This document shows, one piece after another, positions 20,012-30,397 of a DNA stretch of 64,000 nt. The notes beneath the pieces are model-generated. The model was not told the DNA's origin and searched no databases. It saw only the letters and a program-made list of their open reading frames with translations. A program made the translations under genes and the position numbers. Position 1 is the first letter of the stretch, and each line of letters begins with the position of its first letter. The DNA is from Gemmatimonas sp. (GTDB lineage Bacteria; Gemmatimonadota; Gemmatimonadetes; Gemmatimonadales; Gemmatimonadaceae). The DNA lies in contig JANNVQ010000011.1 of NCBI GenBank assembly GCA_031414535.1, forward strand, positions 1-64,000, written 5' to 3'.

Positions 20012-22096
20012 CTAGCCCGGTGTGCCGAAGCGGCCGCGCAGGAGCGCGCGCAAGTCCACCTCAGGAGCCGCGGGCGGCGCGTCGGCGGTGTTGGCATCGC
20101 GCTGCACCTCGAGCGTCACGCGTTGAAACGCCTTCCTCACACCGCGGTCGAGGAAGCGGCTCACTTGATCAAGCGAGTAGTCAGCCCCGCGCCGCGTGTC
20201 GTACACGTTGAGTGGATAGCTGACTGAGAGATGATTGCGCGCCCGCGTCATGGCGACGTACATGAGGCGGCGCTCCTCTTCAATCTCGTCGTCACTGCCC
20301 AGTGCCCGTGCCATGGGAAACCAACCGTCCACGGCCCAGATCACGAAGACGGCATCCCACTCGCGGCCCTTGGAACTGTGCGCAGTGGAAAGGATCAGCG
20401 TGTCGTCCTCGGCGTCAGAGCCAAAGCCCAAGTCGCTAGTGGCGCTGGGCGGCTCCAATGCGAGAGCGCTCAAGAACGTACCGCGGTCAGGATACCCACC
20501 GGCGATGGTCTGCAGTTGATCGAGGTCCGAGAGCCGTGGTTCCACGCGATCATAGCGCTCGCGCAGGATGTCATCGTACATCGAGCGCACGCGGACGATC
20601 TCGCGACCAACGCGGCCTTCGTCAGCGTCCGTCTGGGCTCGAAGATCCGCGAGCAAGCGCACGAGGGCCGCATGCGCCTCGCGGGCACGCGGCGGCGGTG
20701 TGAAGCGGCCGAATGATTCGTGGCTCCAGGCGAGGTCAGCCATGGACTGGACTGCATTACGCGCCGTGACCTCGCCAATGCCGGGCATGAGGAGCAGCAG
20801 GCGATACCAACTCACCTCGTCGCGCGGGTTCTCCAGCACGCGCAGGAAGGCGAGGACGTCCTTGACGTGCGCTGCCTCAAGGAACTTGAGACCGCCCCAT
20901 TTATCGAAGGGGATGTTGCGGGCCGTCAGCTCTATTTCCAGGTCCGCGCTCATGTAGCCCGCGCGGAAGAGCACCGCCATCTCTCGCAGCGGAATGCCTT
21001 CCTCGTGCAACTCAAGGATGCGATCTACCACGAAGCGCGTCTGCTGATTCTCGTCCTGCGCGGTAACGAGCCAGGGCTTCTCGCCACCGGTGCGCCGCGT
21101 GTAGAGCTCCTTGCTGAATCGCTCCTCGGCGCGAGAAATCAGCAGGTTGGTTGCGTCGAGGATCGGCTGCGTGCTGCGGTAGTTCTCCTCGAGGGTGACC
21201 GTCTTAGCACCAGCGTATTCGGCCGGAAAGTCGAGGATGTTGCGGATGGTGGCGCCGCGGAAGGCATAGATGCTCTGCGCATCGTCACCAACCACTGTGA
21301 TGTTGCGATGCATGCGGCACATGCCCTTCAGGATGCGAGCCTGCAAGACATTGGTGTCCTGGTACTCGTCCACGAGGATGTGGTCGTAGAGCCCGGCGAT
21401 GCGATCCGCGATGGCGGGGGCGCTCTCGAGCATCAGGGCCCAGTAGAGCAGGAGGTCGTCGTAGTCCAGCAGGTCGCGCTGCTGCTTGCGCTGCGTGTAG
21501 TCGGCGAACACACGCGCGAAGTCGTCCTCGAACTCCACGAAGCGCGGGTACTCCTCGCGGAGAATGGCGCCGACGGGAATGTCCGTGTTCACATGGCGCG
21601 AGTAGACGTGATGGAGCGTCTCCTTCTTGGGGAAGCGCTTGGTCTTGTCGCCGAGTCCGAGGGCTGTGCGCGAGAGGCCCACGAGATCCTCGGCGTCGGA
21701 CTGATCGAGGATGGTGAAGTCGCCAGGCAGGCCCGCCTCTGGGCCGAAGCGTCGTAGCAGGCGGTGCGCGGTGCCGTGGAAGGTGCCGCCATGCACACCG
21801 CGGCTTGTCTGCCCCACCAGCTTCTCGGCGCGCGCCAGCATCTCTTGTGCGGAGCGGCGCGTGAAGGTGAGGAGGAGGATGCGGGATGCCGGCACCCCGC
21901 GCTCGATGAGGTGCGCCACGCGATACACGAGGGTGCGCGTCTTGCCGGTTCCTGCACCGGCGACGATAAGGAGCGCGCCGTCGGGATGCGTGGCCGCCTT
22001 CAGCTGCGCGTCATTGAGTTCCGCGGCGAAGTCCACGGTGCGGCGTGGCTCGACGCTGCGTTCGCGGGGCGGGTAGGCGCGGGGATCGCTGCTCAT
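20012..22096 (-). CDS. UvrD/PcrA-family ATP-dependent helicase
   Basis: AGAGTGKT, LLTFTRR, VDEYQDTN, VGDDAQSIYAFRGA, ENYRS, HSSKGREW, EERRLMYVAMTRA. Confidence 0.92.
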   Translation of the reverse strand: MSSDPRAYPPRERSVEPRRTVDFAAELNDAQLKAATHPDGALLIVAGAGTGKTRTLVYRVAHLIERGVPASRILLLTFTRRSAQEMLARAEKLVGQTSRGVHGGTFHGTAHRLLRRFGPEAGLPGDFTILDQSDAEDLVGLSRTALGLGDKTKRFPKKETLHHVYSRHVNTDIPVGAILREEYPRFVEFEDDFARVFADYTQRKQQRDLLDYDDLLLYWALMLESAPAIADRIAGLYDHILVDEYQDTNVLQARILKGMCRMHRNITVVGDDAQSIYAFRGATIRNILDFPAEYAGAKTVTLEENYRSTQPILDATNLLISRAEERFSKELYTRRTGGEKPWLVTAQDENQQTRFVVDRILELHEEGIPLREMAVLFRAGYMSADLEIELTARNIPFDKWGGLKFLEAAHVKDVLAFLRVLENPRDEVSWYRLLLLMPGIGEVTARNAVQSMADLAWSHESFGRFTPPPRAREAHAALVRLLADLRAQTDADEGRVGREIVRVRSMYDDILRERYDRVEPRLSDLDQLQTIAGGYPDRGTFLSALALEPPSATSDLGFGSDAEDDTLILSTAHSSKGREWDAVFVIWAVDGWFPMARALGSDDEIEEERRLMYVAMTRARNHLSVSYPLNVYDTRRGADYSLDQVSRFLDRGVRKAFQRVTLEVQRDANTADAPPAAPEVDLRALLRGRFGTPG

Positions 22097-22211
22097 GGGA
22101 CCCTGAATATATCCCGAAGCGCCATCTTCGCGCCCGACAATCTCTTGCTGTTGGTAGCCAGACGTTTCGGGAGCGCACAGATTCGGTCACCACCATTCAG
22201 AGGAGCTTGTT

Positions 22212-24287
22212 TTGCGTTCCTGCCTTCGCGCATTTGTCGCGCTCGCTGTTCTGGCAACTCCGCCCGCGCTGCTTGCCCAGCGGGACTCGACTGTCACCGT
22301 GGCGTCTTTCTTCGACTACGAAACCGTTTCTGATCCTCAGGTCTCGCCTGATGGGCGGCAGGTCATCTACACGCGGCGCTGGGTCAACACGCGTACGGAC
22401 CAGTGGGAAACGGCGCTCTGGATGATGGACTCCGACGGCAATCGGCAACGGTTCCTCGTCACGGGTGGCAATGCGCGCTGGTCGCCCGACGGGACGCGTA
22501 TTCTCTATGTGGCTACGGGTGAGCCCGCAGGGGCGCAAGTGTTTGTGCGCTGGATGGACGCCGAAGGCTCGACGAGCCAAGTGACGCGGCTCGACAACGC
22601 ACCGATGAATCCGGCCTGGTCGCCGGACGGACGCTCAATCGTGTTTGGCAACTTCGTGCCGAAGCCTAGCCGCTGGGCCGTGGCGTTACCCACGCCTCCG
22701 GCGGGTGCGCGCTGGGACGAGGGTCCGCGCTTCATTGACGATCTGCATTATCGCCAGGACTATCGCGGCTTCACGCAGCGCGGCTTTGTGCACTTGTTCA
22801 CCGTGAGTGCCGATGGTGGCAGCGCGAGGCAGCTGACATTTGGGGAATGGAACGTTGGCGCGCGCTTTGACGGACTCGAGGGCGGCGTGGGTCTCTCGTT
22901 CACGCCGGACGGCAAGGAAATCGTATTCGACGGCTGGCGCGGCAACTGGGATGCGGTGTACCAGCGCTCACATCTCTATGTGCTGAACCTCGCGAGCGGC
23001 GATGTTCGCCAGCTCACGCCGAACGAAGGAAACTGGACCTCGCCCGTTGTCTCGCCTGACGGACGCACGGTCGCATTCATCGGCTTCGCGGCGGAGCCTG
23101 TGACGTACTCACAGCCGGACCTGCACGTCATTCGTTTGGATGGCACTGGCATGCGGAATCTGAGCGATTCGGTGGATCGGCTGTTTGGTGGCTTGATGTG
23201 GGCAGCGGACAATTCGGGCATCTATGCGACAGTGACCTCACACGGTACGAGCAATGTGCGCTTCGTGCCGCTGAGTGGCGCTGTGCGCGAGGTGACCACC
23301 GGCGAGCAATTGCTCTCGTTGAGCTCCATGATCTCGGGGCGCGAGCCGTTCGGCGTTGGCGTGCGGACGGCGGGCGATGCGCCGCCTGATGTTGTGCGCT
23401 TCCCACTGCGCAGTGGGGCCGTCACAGCGCTCACGCAGGTGAACGCAGACTTCCTTGCGGGTCGCAAGTTGGGCCGCCAACAGGAGCTCTGGTTTACCTC
23501 GCGCGACGGCACGCGCGTGCAGGGCTGGCTGGTGCTACCGCCCTCGTATGACCCAAGCAAGCGCTACCCGCTGTTGCTGGAGATTCACGGTGGCCCGTTC
23601 GCCGACTACAACGTGGCCTTCAACTTCAACAATCAAGCGTGGGCGGCTCTAGGCTACGCAGTGCTCTTCACCAATCCGCGCGGTAGCACGAGCTACGGTG
23701 AAGCCTTCGCCCGCGGCATCAACTTCCGGTATCCCGGCGTAGATCACGAAGACTTGATGGCGGGCGTGGACGCGGCCATTGGCGCGGTCTCCATTGACAC
23801 GACGCGGATGTACGTGGGCGGTTGCTCAGGCGGTGGCGTGCTCTCCAGCTGGATGACGGGACATACCAATCGCTTCGCTGCAGCCGCAGTGCGCTGCCCG
23901 GTGACGAACTGGATGTCCATGTTTGGACAGACCGACATTCCGTTCTTCACGATGTCGTTCTTTGCAAAGCCGTTCTGGGAAGACCCTACGCGCTGGCTGG
24001 AGCAGTCCTCCATCATGCATGTGGGCAAGGTGACGACGCCGACGCTGCTGATGACGGGCGAGTCGGACATGCGCACGCCGATGGCCCAGACGGAGGAATA
24101 CTTCGCCGCACTCAAGTTCCGCGGCATTCCGGTGCGCATGCTGCGCTTTCCCAACCAGTATCACGGTACGGGTACGCGGCCGACGAACAACCTGCGCACC
24201 ATTCTCTACATGCACGATTGGTATGATCAGTGGAAGCGTGAGGGGAGCGAAGCCACCTCGCGCCGGCCGGCGACAGTGCGCGATTGA
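22212..24287 (+). CDS. S9-family peptidase (dipeptidyl aminopeptidase/acylaminoacyl peptidase)
   Basis: AGGAG RBS with TTG start, signal peptide, SPDG propeller repeats, IHGGP, NPRGSTSYG, GCSGGG nucleophile, GESDMR, C-terminal His. Confidence 0.9.
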   Translation: MRSCLRAFVALAVLATPPALLAQRDSTVTVASFFDYETVSDPQVSPDGRQVIYTRRWVNTRTDQWETALWMMDSDGNRQRFLVTGGNARWSPDGTRILYVATGEPAGAQVFVRWMDAEGSTSQVTRLDNAPMNPAWSPDGRSIVFGNFVPKPSRWAVALPTPPAGARWDEGPRFIDDLHYRQDYRGFTQRGFVHLFTVSADGGSARQLTFGEWNVGARFDGLEGGVGLSFTPDGKEIVFDGWRGNWDAVYQRSHLYVLNLASGDVRQLTPNEGNWTSPVVSPDGRTVAFIGFAAEPVTYSQPDLHVIRLDGTGMRNLSDSVDRLFGGLMWAADNSGIYATVTSHGTSNVRFVPLSGAVREVTTGEQLLSLSSMISGREPFGVGVRTAGDAPPDVVRFPLRSGAVTALTQVNADFLAGRKLGRQQELWFTSRDGTRVQGWLVLPPSYDPSKRYPLLLEIHGGPFADYNVAFNFNNQAWAALGYAVLFTNPRGSTSYGEAFARGINFRYPGVDHEDLMAGVDAAIGAVSIDTTRMYVGGCSGGGVLSSWMTGHTNRFAAAAVRCPVTNWMSMFGQTDIPFFTMSFFAKPFWEDPTRWLEQSSIMHVGKVTTPTLLMTGESDMRTPMAQTEEYFAALKFRGIPVRMLRFPNQYHGTGTRPTNNLRTILYMHDWYDQWKREGSEATSRRPATVRD

Positions 24288-24441
24288 AGTGTCGGAAGGG
24301 CCGCGCAGGGCGTCTGCTGAGACGCCTGCGCGTGCCGCTGGCCTAAAGTGCACAGGGACTCGCGACTGTATCATTTTGAGTCTCAGGCATTCCCTCACAC
24401 GAATGCCGACATACCTCTGATTATGTGACCCACCGCTCGAC

Positions 24442-24463
24442 GGCATCTTGCAAGTAAGATGCC
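24442..24463. promoter_or_regulatory. Palindrome at the start of the cusCBA-like operon
   Basis: GGCATCTT-GCAAGT-AAGATGCC, perfect 8-bp arms. Confidence 0.4.
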
Positions 24464-25736
24464 TACGGCGACGATGACACGAGGATTTGGTCGCAGCGCG
24501 TTGCTGGTCTGCGCGATTGCGACATCCTTCTGGCCGTTACTGGCTCCGGCGCAGACGCAGGCCGTAATCGGGCCCCAGCTCAGTTTGGAAGATGCAGTCA
24601 GGATGGCGAGCGAGCGAAGAGCCGAGATTGAGGCCGCGCGTTCGCGTGTGCGCGCCGCTGAGGCCCGGCCCAGCATTGTCTCCGCCCTTGAAGACCCGAT
24701 GCTCGCACCCTCCATCGACCATCTGCCGTTCATGATGAGCGGCGCGGATGTGAGTCTCGCGTTCGAGCAACGCATCCCGCTGTCGGGTATTCGCGGCAAT
24801 CGGCGGGCATCGGCGTTCGCGGATCTCGAGCGGCTTCGTGCAGATGCGGTGCGCACAAGGCTAGACGTGGAAGTCGAGGCGGCGACGGCGTTCCTGATGT
24901 TGCAGGAGCGTCGTCGGACGGCGGCATTGGTTGCTGAGCAACTCGTGTTCGCGCTCGACGTCGTGACGGTTACGAATGCGCGCTACGCGAGCGGCACGGC
25001 GCCGCAGTCGGACGTACTCCGCGCCGAGGTCGAAGTGGCTCGGCTCGATGCGTTCGCAAAAGCTTTGGTCAGCGAAGTGCGAGGTGCCGAGGCGATGTTG
25101 AACACGAGCCTGGCCCGCGACGCGGACCTCGCCGTGCCAACGCTGGTGCCGCCGACATTCGCGCAGCCGATTCCATCGTGGCCAGATGTCAAGCGGGCGC
25201 TCGTCTCGAGACCGGAGCTGGCGGGAGGACGCGCCGAGATTGCACGCGCAGACGCGGAGCTACAAGTGATGCGCGCGATGAATCGTCCGATGGCGACGAT
25301 TCGCACCGGGCCGGCCTCTACCATGGCTGAGGGCGAAGGCTGGATGGCGATGATTGGCGTCAGCTTGCCGATCTGGCGCGGGGCGCGGCGCGCACGGGTC
25401 GGTGAAGCCGAGGCGATGCGCGCGATGTCCGAAGCGGACCTACGGGCCATGACCCGGATGATCGAGGGTGACGCCGCCGGCGCCGTCAGCCAACTGCAAG
25501 CCGCGCACGACCGGCAACTTGCACTTCGAGATGATGTGCTGCCCCGTGCGCGCATGGTAATCGAGCCCGTGGTCGCGGATTATGCCGCAGGGCGTCTGCC
25601 ACTCGTGAGCGTGCTCGGAGCGGTGCAGGCGCTCTGGTCGGTGCAGGCGGAGCTGATCAACGCCGAGTTGCAGCTAGGTATCGCGTGGGTCCGTATGGCG
25701 CGCGCGATTGGATCCTACTCCCGGATTAGCGAATGA
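24459..25736 (+). CDS. TolC-family outer-membrane factor of a heavy-metal RND system (CusC-like)
   Basis: LSLEDAV, ARYASGTAPQSDVLRAEVE, GVSLPIW; first gene of the efflux operon; start may be 24474. Confidence 0.85.
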   Translation: MPTATMTRGFGRSALLVCAIATSFWPLLAPAQTQAVIGPQLSLEDAVRMASERRAEIEAARSRVRAAEARPSIVSALEDPMLAPSIDHLPFMMSGADVSLAFEQRIPLSGIRGNRRASAFADLERLRADAVRTRLDVEVEAATAFLMLQERRRTAALVAEQLVFALDVVTVTNARYASGTAPQSDVLRAEVEVARLDAFAKALVSEVRGAEAMLNTSLARDADLAVPTLVPPTFAQPIPSWPDVKRALVSRPELAGGRAEIARADAELQVMRAMNRPMATIRTGPASTMAEGEGWMAMIGVSLPIWRGARRARVGEAEAMRAMSEADLRAMTRMIEGDAAGAVSQLQAAHDRQLALRDDVLPRARMVIEPVVADYAAGRLPLVSVLGAVQALWSVQAELINAELQLGIAWVRMARAIGSYSRISE

Positions 25737-26956
25737 CTCTCTCCGCGCGTCTGCGACGCATCGCGTTGCCAATCCTCTCCGCCTCGCTTACTGCGGTGTT
25801 GCTGATTGGATTCGTGATGGTGCAGCGATCCCGCGAGGCGTGGCCATTCTCGCCGCGCCCACCCGTACCAATCGCCGAGCGTGACGCAGTGGCGACAAGT
25901 GACTCGATGGATATGAGTGGGGAGGCGCCCCCCGCTGGAAGAGTACCGATTGACGTCGAAGCGGCGATGCTCCAAACGCTCGGCGTCCGAGTCGAAGCGG
26001 TCCGCCGCGAAGCCCTCGTGCAGGAGCTGCGCGTCGTGGCTACAGTCGCACCGGATGAGTCGAGAATCTCGCTGGTCCACACGCGAGTGGCGGGCTGGAT
26101 TGAACAACTGGATATCAATACCACCGGCGAGATGGTCGCAGTGGGTCAGCCGCTCGCGCGGATTTTCTCGCAGGAGCTGCTATCGTCCCAAACGGAGTAC
26201 CTGGCCGCGCGCAAGATGACGGCGACGTCTGGGATTACGAGCGTTGTGGTGGAGAGTGGTCGCAACCGACTGCTGGTGTTGGGGATGGCTCCGTCGGAGA
26301 TTGACGCGATTGAGCGGACGGGCGAACCGCAGCGCCTGGTCACCGTGGTCGCGCCGAGGCGCGGCGTGGTTGTGTACAGAGGCGTCACGGTGGGCACATC
26401 GGTCGATCCCTCGACAACGTTGATTACCATCGCCGATTTGTCGCAGGTGTGGATTGTAGCAGAGGTTCCGGAGGCGCACATGGCGTCGGTGCGCGTGGGA
26501 ATGCGTGCGCGACTTGATTTCCCGGGCTCTGGGCGTCCGGTGTTCGCCGGCCGCGTCGATTTCGTCTATCCGACACTCAGCGAGCGCACGCGCACGCTGC
26601 GCGTACGACTCTCGGCGGCCAATCCAGGAGGCGAGCTCCGACCGGGCCTCTTCGGGAGCGCGGTGTTCGAATCGAATGGACGAGAGGTGACGACGGTCTC
26701 ACGCAATGCCGTGGTCAACACCGGTGTGCAACAGCATGTCTTCGTCGTCGTCGGCAATCGGTTCGAACCGCGCACGGTCACACTTGGCGTCCAGCTCGCT
26801 GATCGCGTGGAGATTCGCAGCGGACTGACGGTTGGTGAGCAGGTTGTGACATCGGGTGTGTTTCTGCTTGACTCAGAGAGTCGACTGCGAGCTGCTGGTA
26901 GTGCTGGTGGTGGTGGTGCTGCTGCTGGAGGCCACAGTGGCCACAGCCCGAAGTAG
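25733..26956 (+). CDS. cusB: RND periplasmic adaptor, CusB family
   Basis: RVAGWIEQL, IFSQELLSSQ, ADLSQVW, FVYPTLSERTRT, LRPG, GVFLLDSESRL; ATGA overlap; Gly/His tail GGHSGHSPK. Confidence 0.88.
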   Translation: MTLSARLRRIALPILSASLTAVLLIGFVMVQRSREAWPFSPRPPVPIAERDAVATSDSMDMSGEAPPAGRVPIDVEAAMLQTLGVRVEAVRREALVQELRVVATVAPDESRISLVHTRVAGWIEQLDINTTGEMVAVGQPLARIFSQELLSSQTEYLAARKMTATSGITSVVVESGRNRLLVLGMAPSEIDAIERTGEPQRLVTVVAPRRGVVVYRGVTVGTSVDPSTTLITIADLSQVWIVAEVPEAHMASVRVGMRARLDFPGSGRPVFAGRVDFVYPTLSERTRTLRVRLSAANPGGELRPGLFGSAVFESNGREVTTVSRNAVVNTGVQQHVFVVVGNRFEPRTVTLGVQLADRVEIRSGLTVGEQVVTSGVFLLDSESRLRAAGSAGGGGAAAGGHSGHSPK

Positions 26957-26962
26957 CCGCAC

Positions 26963-29900
26963 ATGATTGAGCGCATCATCGAGTTCTCGGTCCGGCGCAA
27001 GTGGCTGGTGTTCGGGGTGGTGCTGGCCCTTGCGGGGTGGGCCGTGGAGTCTATCCGCCGGACGCCGCTGGATGCGTTGCCAGATCTCTCCGATCCGCAG
27101 GTCATCATCTATACGGAGTGGATGGGGCGGAGCCCGGATCTGATCGAGGACCAGATCACCTATCCCCTCGTTCGGGCGTTGCAGAGCACACCGGGCATCA
27201 AGACCGTGCGCGGATACTCGATGTTCGGCATGAGTTTCAGCTACGCCATCTTTGAGGACGGCACAGACATTTATTGGGCGCGCACGCGAGTGCTTGAGCA
27301 ACTGGGGCGCGTGCAACAACTCTTGCCACCCGATGTATCGCCGACGCTCGGGCCTGATGCCAGTGGCTTGGGATGGATCTATCAGTACGTCTTGAAGGAC
27401 AGCAGCGGGCGACTTGATCTCGCGGAGCTGCGCGCACTGCAGGACTTTACCGTGCGTCCAGCGCTTCAAGCGGTTTCAGGTGTTGCTGAGGTCGCGTCCA
27501 TTGGCGGATTCGAACGACAGTACCAAATCGTGATTGACCCCGCGCGTCTGGTGGGATTTGGACTCACGGTAGGCGACATCACGCGCGCGGTGCGCGACGC
27601 CAACGCGGAAGTAGGGGCACGAGTGCTCGAGATGGCCGGTCGCGAGTATGTCCTGCGCGGACGCGGCTACGTGAAAGATTTGGCCGACGTTGAGCAGAGC
27701 GTCGTCGCGGTAGGCGCCGGCGGCACCCCGATTCGGCTCGGTGACGTTGCAACCGTGGGCTTCGGTCCGGAGATCCGGCGCGGGGCCGCGGACTGGAACG
27801 GTACCGGTGAAGCGGTGGGCGGCATCGTAGTGATGCGAATCGGATCGAACGCGCTGCAAGTGATTCAGGCCTTGCAGGTCGAGATCGCCACGCTACAGCT
27901 CCCGGACGGCGTCAGCCTCATTCCCACGTACGACCGGTCGGAACTGATTCTGGGGTCCGTGAGCACGTTGACCAAGACGCTGATCCTACAAGCGATCGTC
28001 GTGACAATCATTTGTCTTGTCTTCCTGTTCCACGCGCGGTCGGCGGCGGTCGTGCTCATCGTGCTCCCGTTGTCCGTGCTGCTGTCGTTCATCGCCATGC
28101 GCTACATGGGGCTCTCGTCGAACATCATGTCGCTTGGCGGCATCGCGATTGCCATTGGCGAGATGGCCGACGCGGTCATTGTGCTCATTGAGAACGCGCA
28201 TGTGCGACTCGCGGCGGCGGCTCCCGGAGCGAATCGCCAGCGCGTGATTGTGGACGCCTGCAAGGAAGTCGGTCGGCCAATCTTCTTCTCTTTGTTGCTG
28301 ATCACCATCAGCTTCCTGCCAATCTTTACGCTGGCTGGTCAGGCGGGGCGCCTCTTCATGCCGCTCGCGTATACGAAGACCTTCGCGATGTTCACCGCCG
28401 CGATGCTTTCCATCACGCTCGCACCTCCGCTGATGGTGCTCCTGCTGCGCGGCAAGTTTCGCACGGAGGCGACCAATCCCGTCAGCCGGATGCTCGGTGC
28501 GGTGTACCGGCCCATTGCGGTGTTCGTTGTTCGTTCGCGGATTCTCGTGATTGCCGGTGCAGCAGTGCTCATGGTCGCGACCGTGCCAATCTTCCTGCGA
28601 CTCGGCTCGGAGTTCATGCCGCCGCTCGACGAGGGCGCGCTACTCGTGATGCCCACTACGTTTCCGGGAATCTCCATCGAGGAAGCGCGGCGGGCCTTGG
28701 TCGCGCAGGATCGCATCATCATGGGATTCCCGCAGGTTGCGTCGGTGCACGGAAAAGTGGGGCGCGCCGAGACGGCGACCGATCCGGCGCAGTTGGATAT
28801 GATTGAATCGGTGATCACGCTGCACCCCCGCGCGGAGTGGCCTGATACGTTCACGGCGCGCTGGTATAGCTCCGGCGCGCCTGAGTGGACGAAAGGCCCG
28901 CTGCGCCTCGTGTGGCCTGAGCAGCGGGCACTCACGTTGACCGAACTCTCGCGTGACCTCGACGCAGCGTTGCGCATGCCTGGCTACCAGATGGCAATCG
29001 CGCCGCCGATCCGCACGCGGATTGACATGCTCTCAACCGGCGTGCGGACGCCCGTGGGCATCAAGGTGTTCGGGAGCGATCTGAACGAGATTGAACGCAT
29101 CAGCGTGGAGCTCGAGGGCATGCTGCGCCAAGTGCCCGGAACGCGCAGCACGTTCGCTGAACGGCAAACTGGTCGCGAGTACATCGACATCGTCCCGAAC
29201 CGCGAGGTGATTGCGCGCTACGGTCTCACGGTGCGAGATGTGCAGGACGTGGTCGAAGCCGCGGTGGGCGGGATGCCGGTATCGACAGCCATCGCCGGGC
29301 GGTCGCGCTTCTCGATCAACGTGCGCTACGCGGCCGATCAGCGCTCTGACCCCGAGGCACTGCGTCGCATTCCCGTGCGGGTACAGGCGACCGCGAGCGT
29401 CGGTGGCTACGACACTGGCGCGCCAGGTACAGGCGCGAGCACCGCCGGCGCCGGCGCGGCTTTGGGAGGTGCCGGCGGTGCCGCAGGCGGTATGAGCTCG
29501 ATGGGCGGTGGATCATCGAGTGCGGCGCCTTCCTCAGGCGGAGGATCCGCCGGCACGGCTGCGCCACCGATGGGCGGACTCGCTTCCTCGCCGGATCTCA
29601 TGGAACGGTGGCGCCAGCCCGGCGCGGCGGTTCCGCTCGGCGAACTTGCCGAGGTGCGCGTCACGACGGGTCCGCCGATGATCAAGGACGAGAACGGCGT
29701 GCTGGTCGGATACGTGTTCGCAGACATCAATCAAGCCCAGCGCGACCTTGGCGGATGGGTGGACGACGCCAAGGCACTCGTGGCATCTCAACTCACGATG
29801 CCTGCGGGATACCGCCTGCAGTGGACCGGGCAGTACGAGTTCCTCGCCGAGATGGAAGCGCGGCTGCGCTACGTCATCCCGCTCACGCTCGTGCTGGTCG

Positions 29901-30397
29901 TCGGCCTGCTCTACCTCGCCGTGCGTGGATGGCCGCAGACCTTTCTCGTGTTGGCCAGTCTTCCATTCGCCGTGGCCGGAAGCGTGTGGCTCCTCGCGTT
30001 CATGGACTACAATCTTTCTACCGCGGTGTGGGTAGGCATCATCGCGGTGGCTGGCGTTGCAGCGGGGACGGGCATCGTGATGGTGGTCTACCTCGATGAG
30101 GCATTCGAGCGGTACCTGCGTGAGGGTCGCATACAGAAACCCGAGGACGTGGATGCGGCGGTGGTCGAAGGCGCGTCGGCGCGTGTGCGGCCGCTGGTGA
30201 TGACTGTGGCCACGACCGTGTTTGGGTTGCTCCCGCTCCTCTGGGAGTCCGGTGTCGGTGCTGACGTCTCCGCGCGCACGGCGGCACCCGTGGTCGGTGG
30301 CCTGTGGTCGTGCATGGTGCTGACGCTGCTCGTCCTCCCTGCGGCGTACGCAACGTGGCGCCGGCATCAAGTGCGTCGGTCAGTGGCTCCGGCGTGA
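26963..30397 (+). CDS. cusA: Heavy-metal efflux RND transporter, CusA/SilA type
   Basis: PLDALPDLSDPQVII, LGPDASGLGWIYQY, NIMSLGGIAIAIG; Met triad equivalents LVMPTT, QLDMIES, RIDMLSTG. Confidence 0.92.
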   Translation: MIERIIEFSVRRKWLVFGVVLALAGWAVESIRRTPLDALPDLSDPQVIIYTEWMGRSPDLIEDQITYPLVRALQSTPGIKTVRGYSMFGMSFSYAIFEDGTDIYWARTRVLEQLGRVQQLLPPDVSPTLGPDASGLGWIYQYVLKDSSGRLDLAELRALQDFTVRPALQAVSGVAEVASIGGFERQYQIVIDPARLVGFGLTVGDITRAVRDANAEVGARVLEMAGREYVLRGRGYVKDLADVEQSVVAVGAGGTPIRLGDVATVGFGPEIRRGAADWNGTGEAVGGIVVMRIGSNALQVIQALQVEIATLQLPDGVSLIPTYDRSELILGSVSTLTKTLILQAIVVTIICLVFLFHARSAAVVLIVLPLSVLLSFIAMRYMGLSSNIMSLGGIAIAIGEMADAVIVLIENAHVRLAAAAPGANRQRVIVDACKEVGRPIFFSLLLITISFLPIFTLAGQAGRLFMPLAYTKTFAMFTAAMLSITLAPPLMVLLLRGKFRTEATNPVSRMLGAVYRPIAVFVVRSRILVIAGAAVLMVATVPIFLRLGSEFMPPLDEGALLVMPTTFPGISIEEARRALVAQDRIIMGFPQVASVHGKVGRAETATDPAQLDMIESVITLHPRAEWPDTFTARWYSSGAPEWTKGPLRLVWPEQRALTLTELSRDLDAALRMPGYQMAIAPPIRTRIDMLSTGVRTPVGIKVFGSDLNEIERISVELEGMLRQVPGTRSTFAERQTGREYIDIVPNREVIARYGLTVRDVQDVVEAAVGGMPVSTAIAGRSRFSINVRYAADQRSDPEALRRIPVRVQATASVGGYDTGAPGTGASTAGAGAALGGAGGAAGGMSSMGGGSSSAAPSSGGGSAGTAAPPMGGLASSPDLMERWRQPGAAVPLGELAEVRVTTGPPMIKDENGVLVGYVFADINQAQRDLGGWVDDAKALVASQLTMPAGYRLQWTGQYEFLAEMEARLRYVIPLTLVLVVGLLYLAVRGWPQTFLVLASLPFAVAGSVWLLAFMDYNLSTAVWVGIIAVAGVAAGTGIVMVVYLDEAFERYLREGRIQKPEDVDAAVVEGASARVRPLVMTVATTVFGLLPLLWESGVGADVSARTAAPVVGGLWSCMVLTLLVLPAAYATWRRHQVRRSVAPA

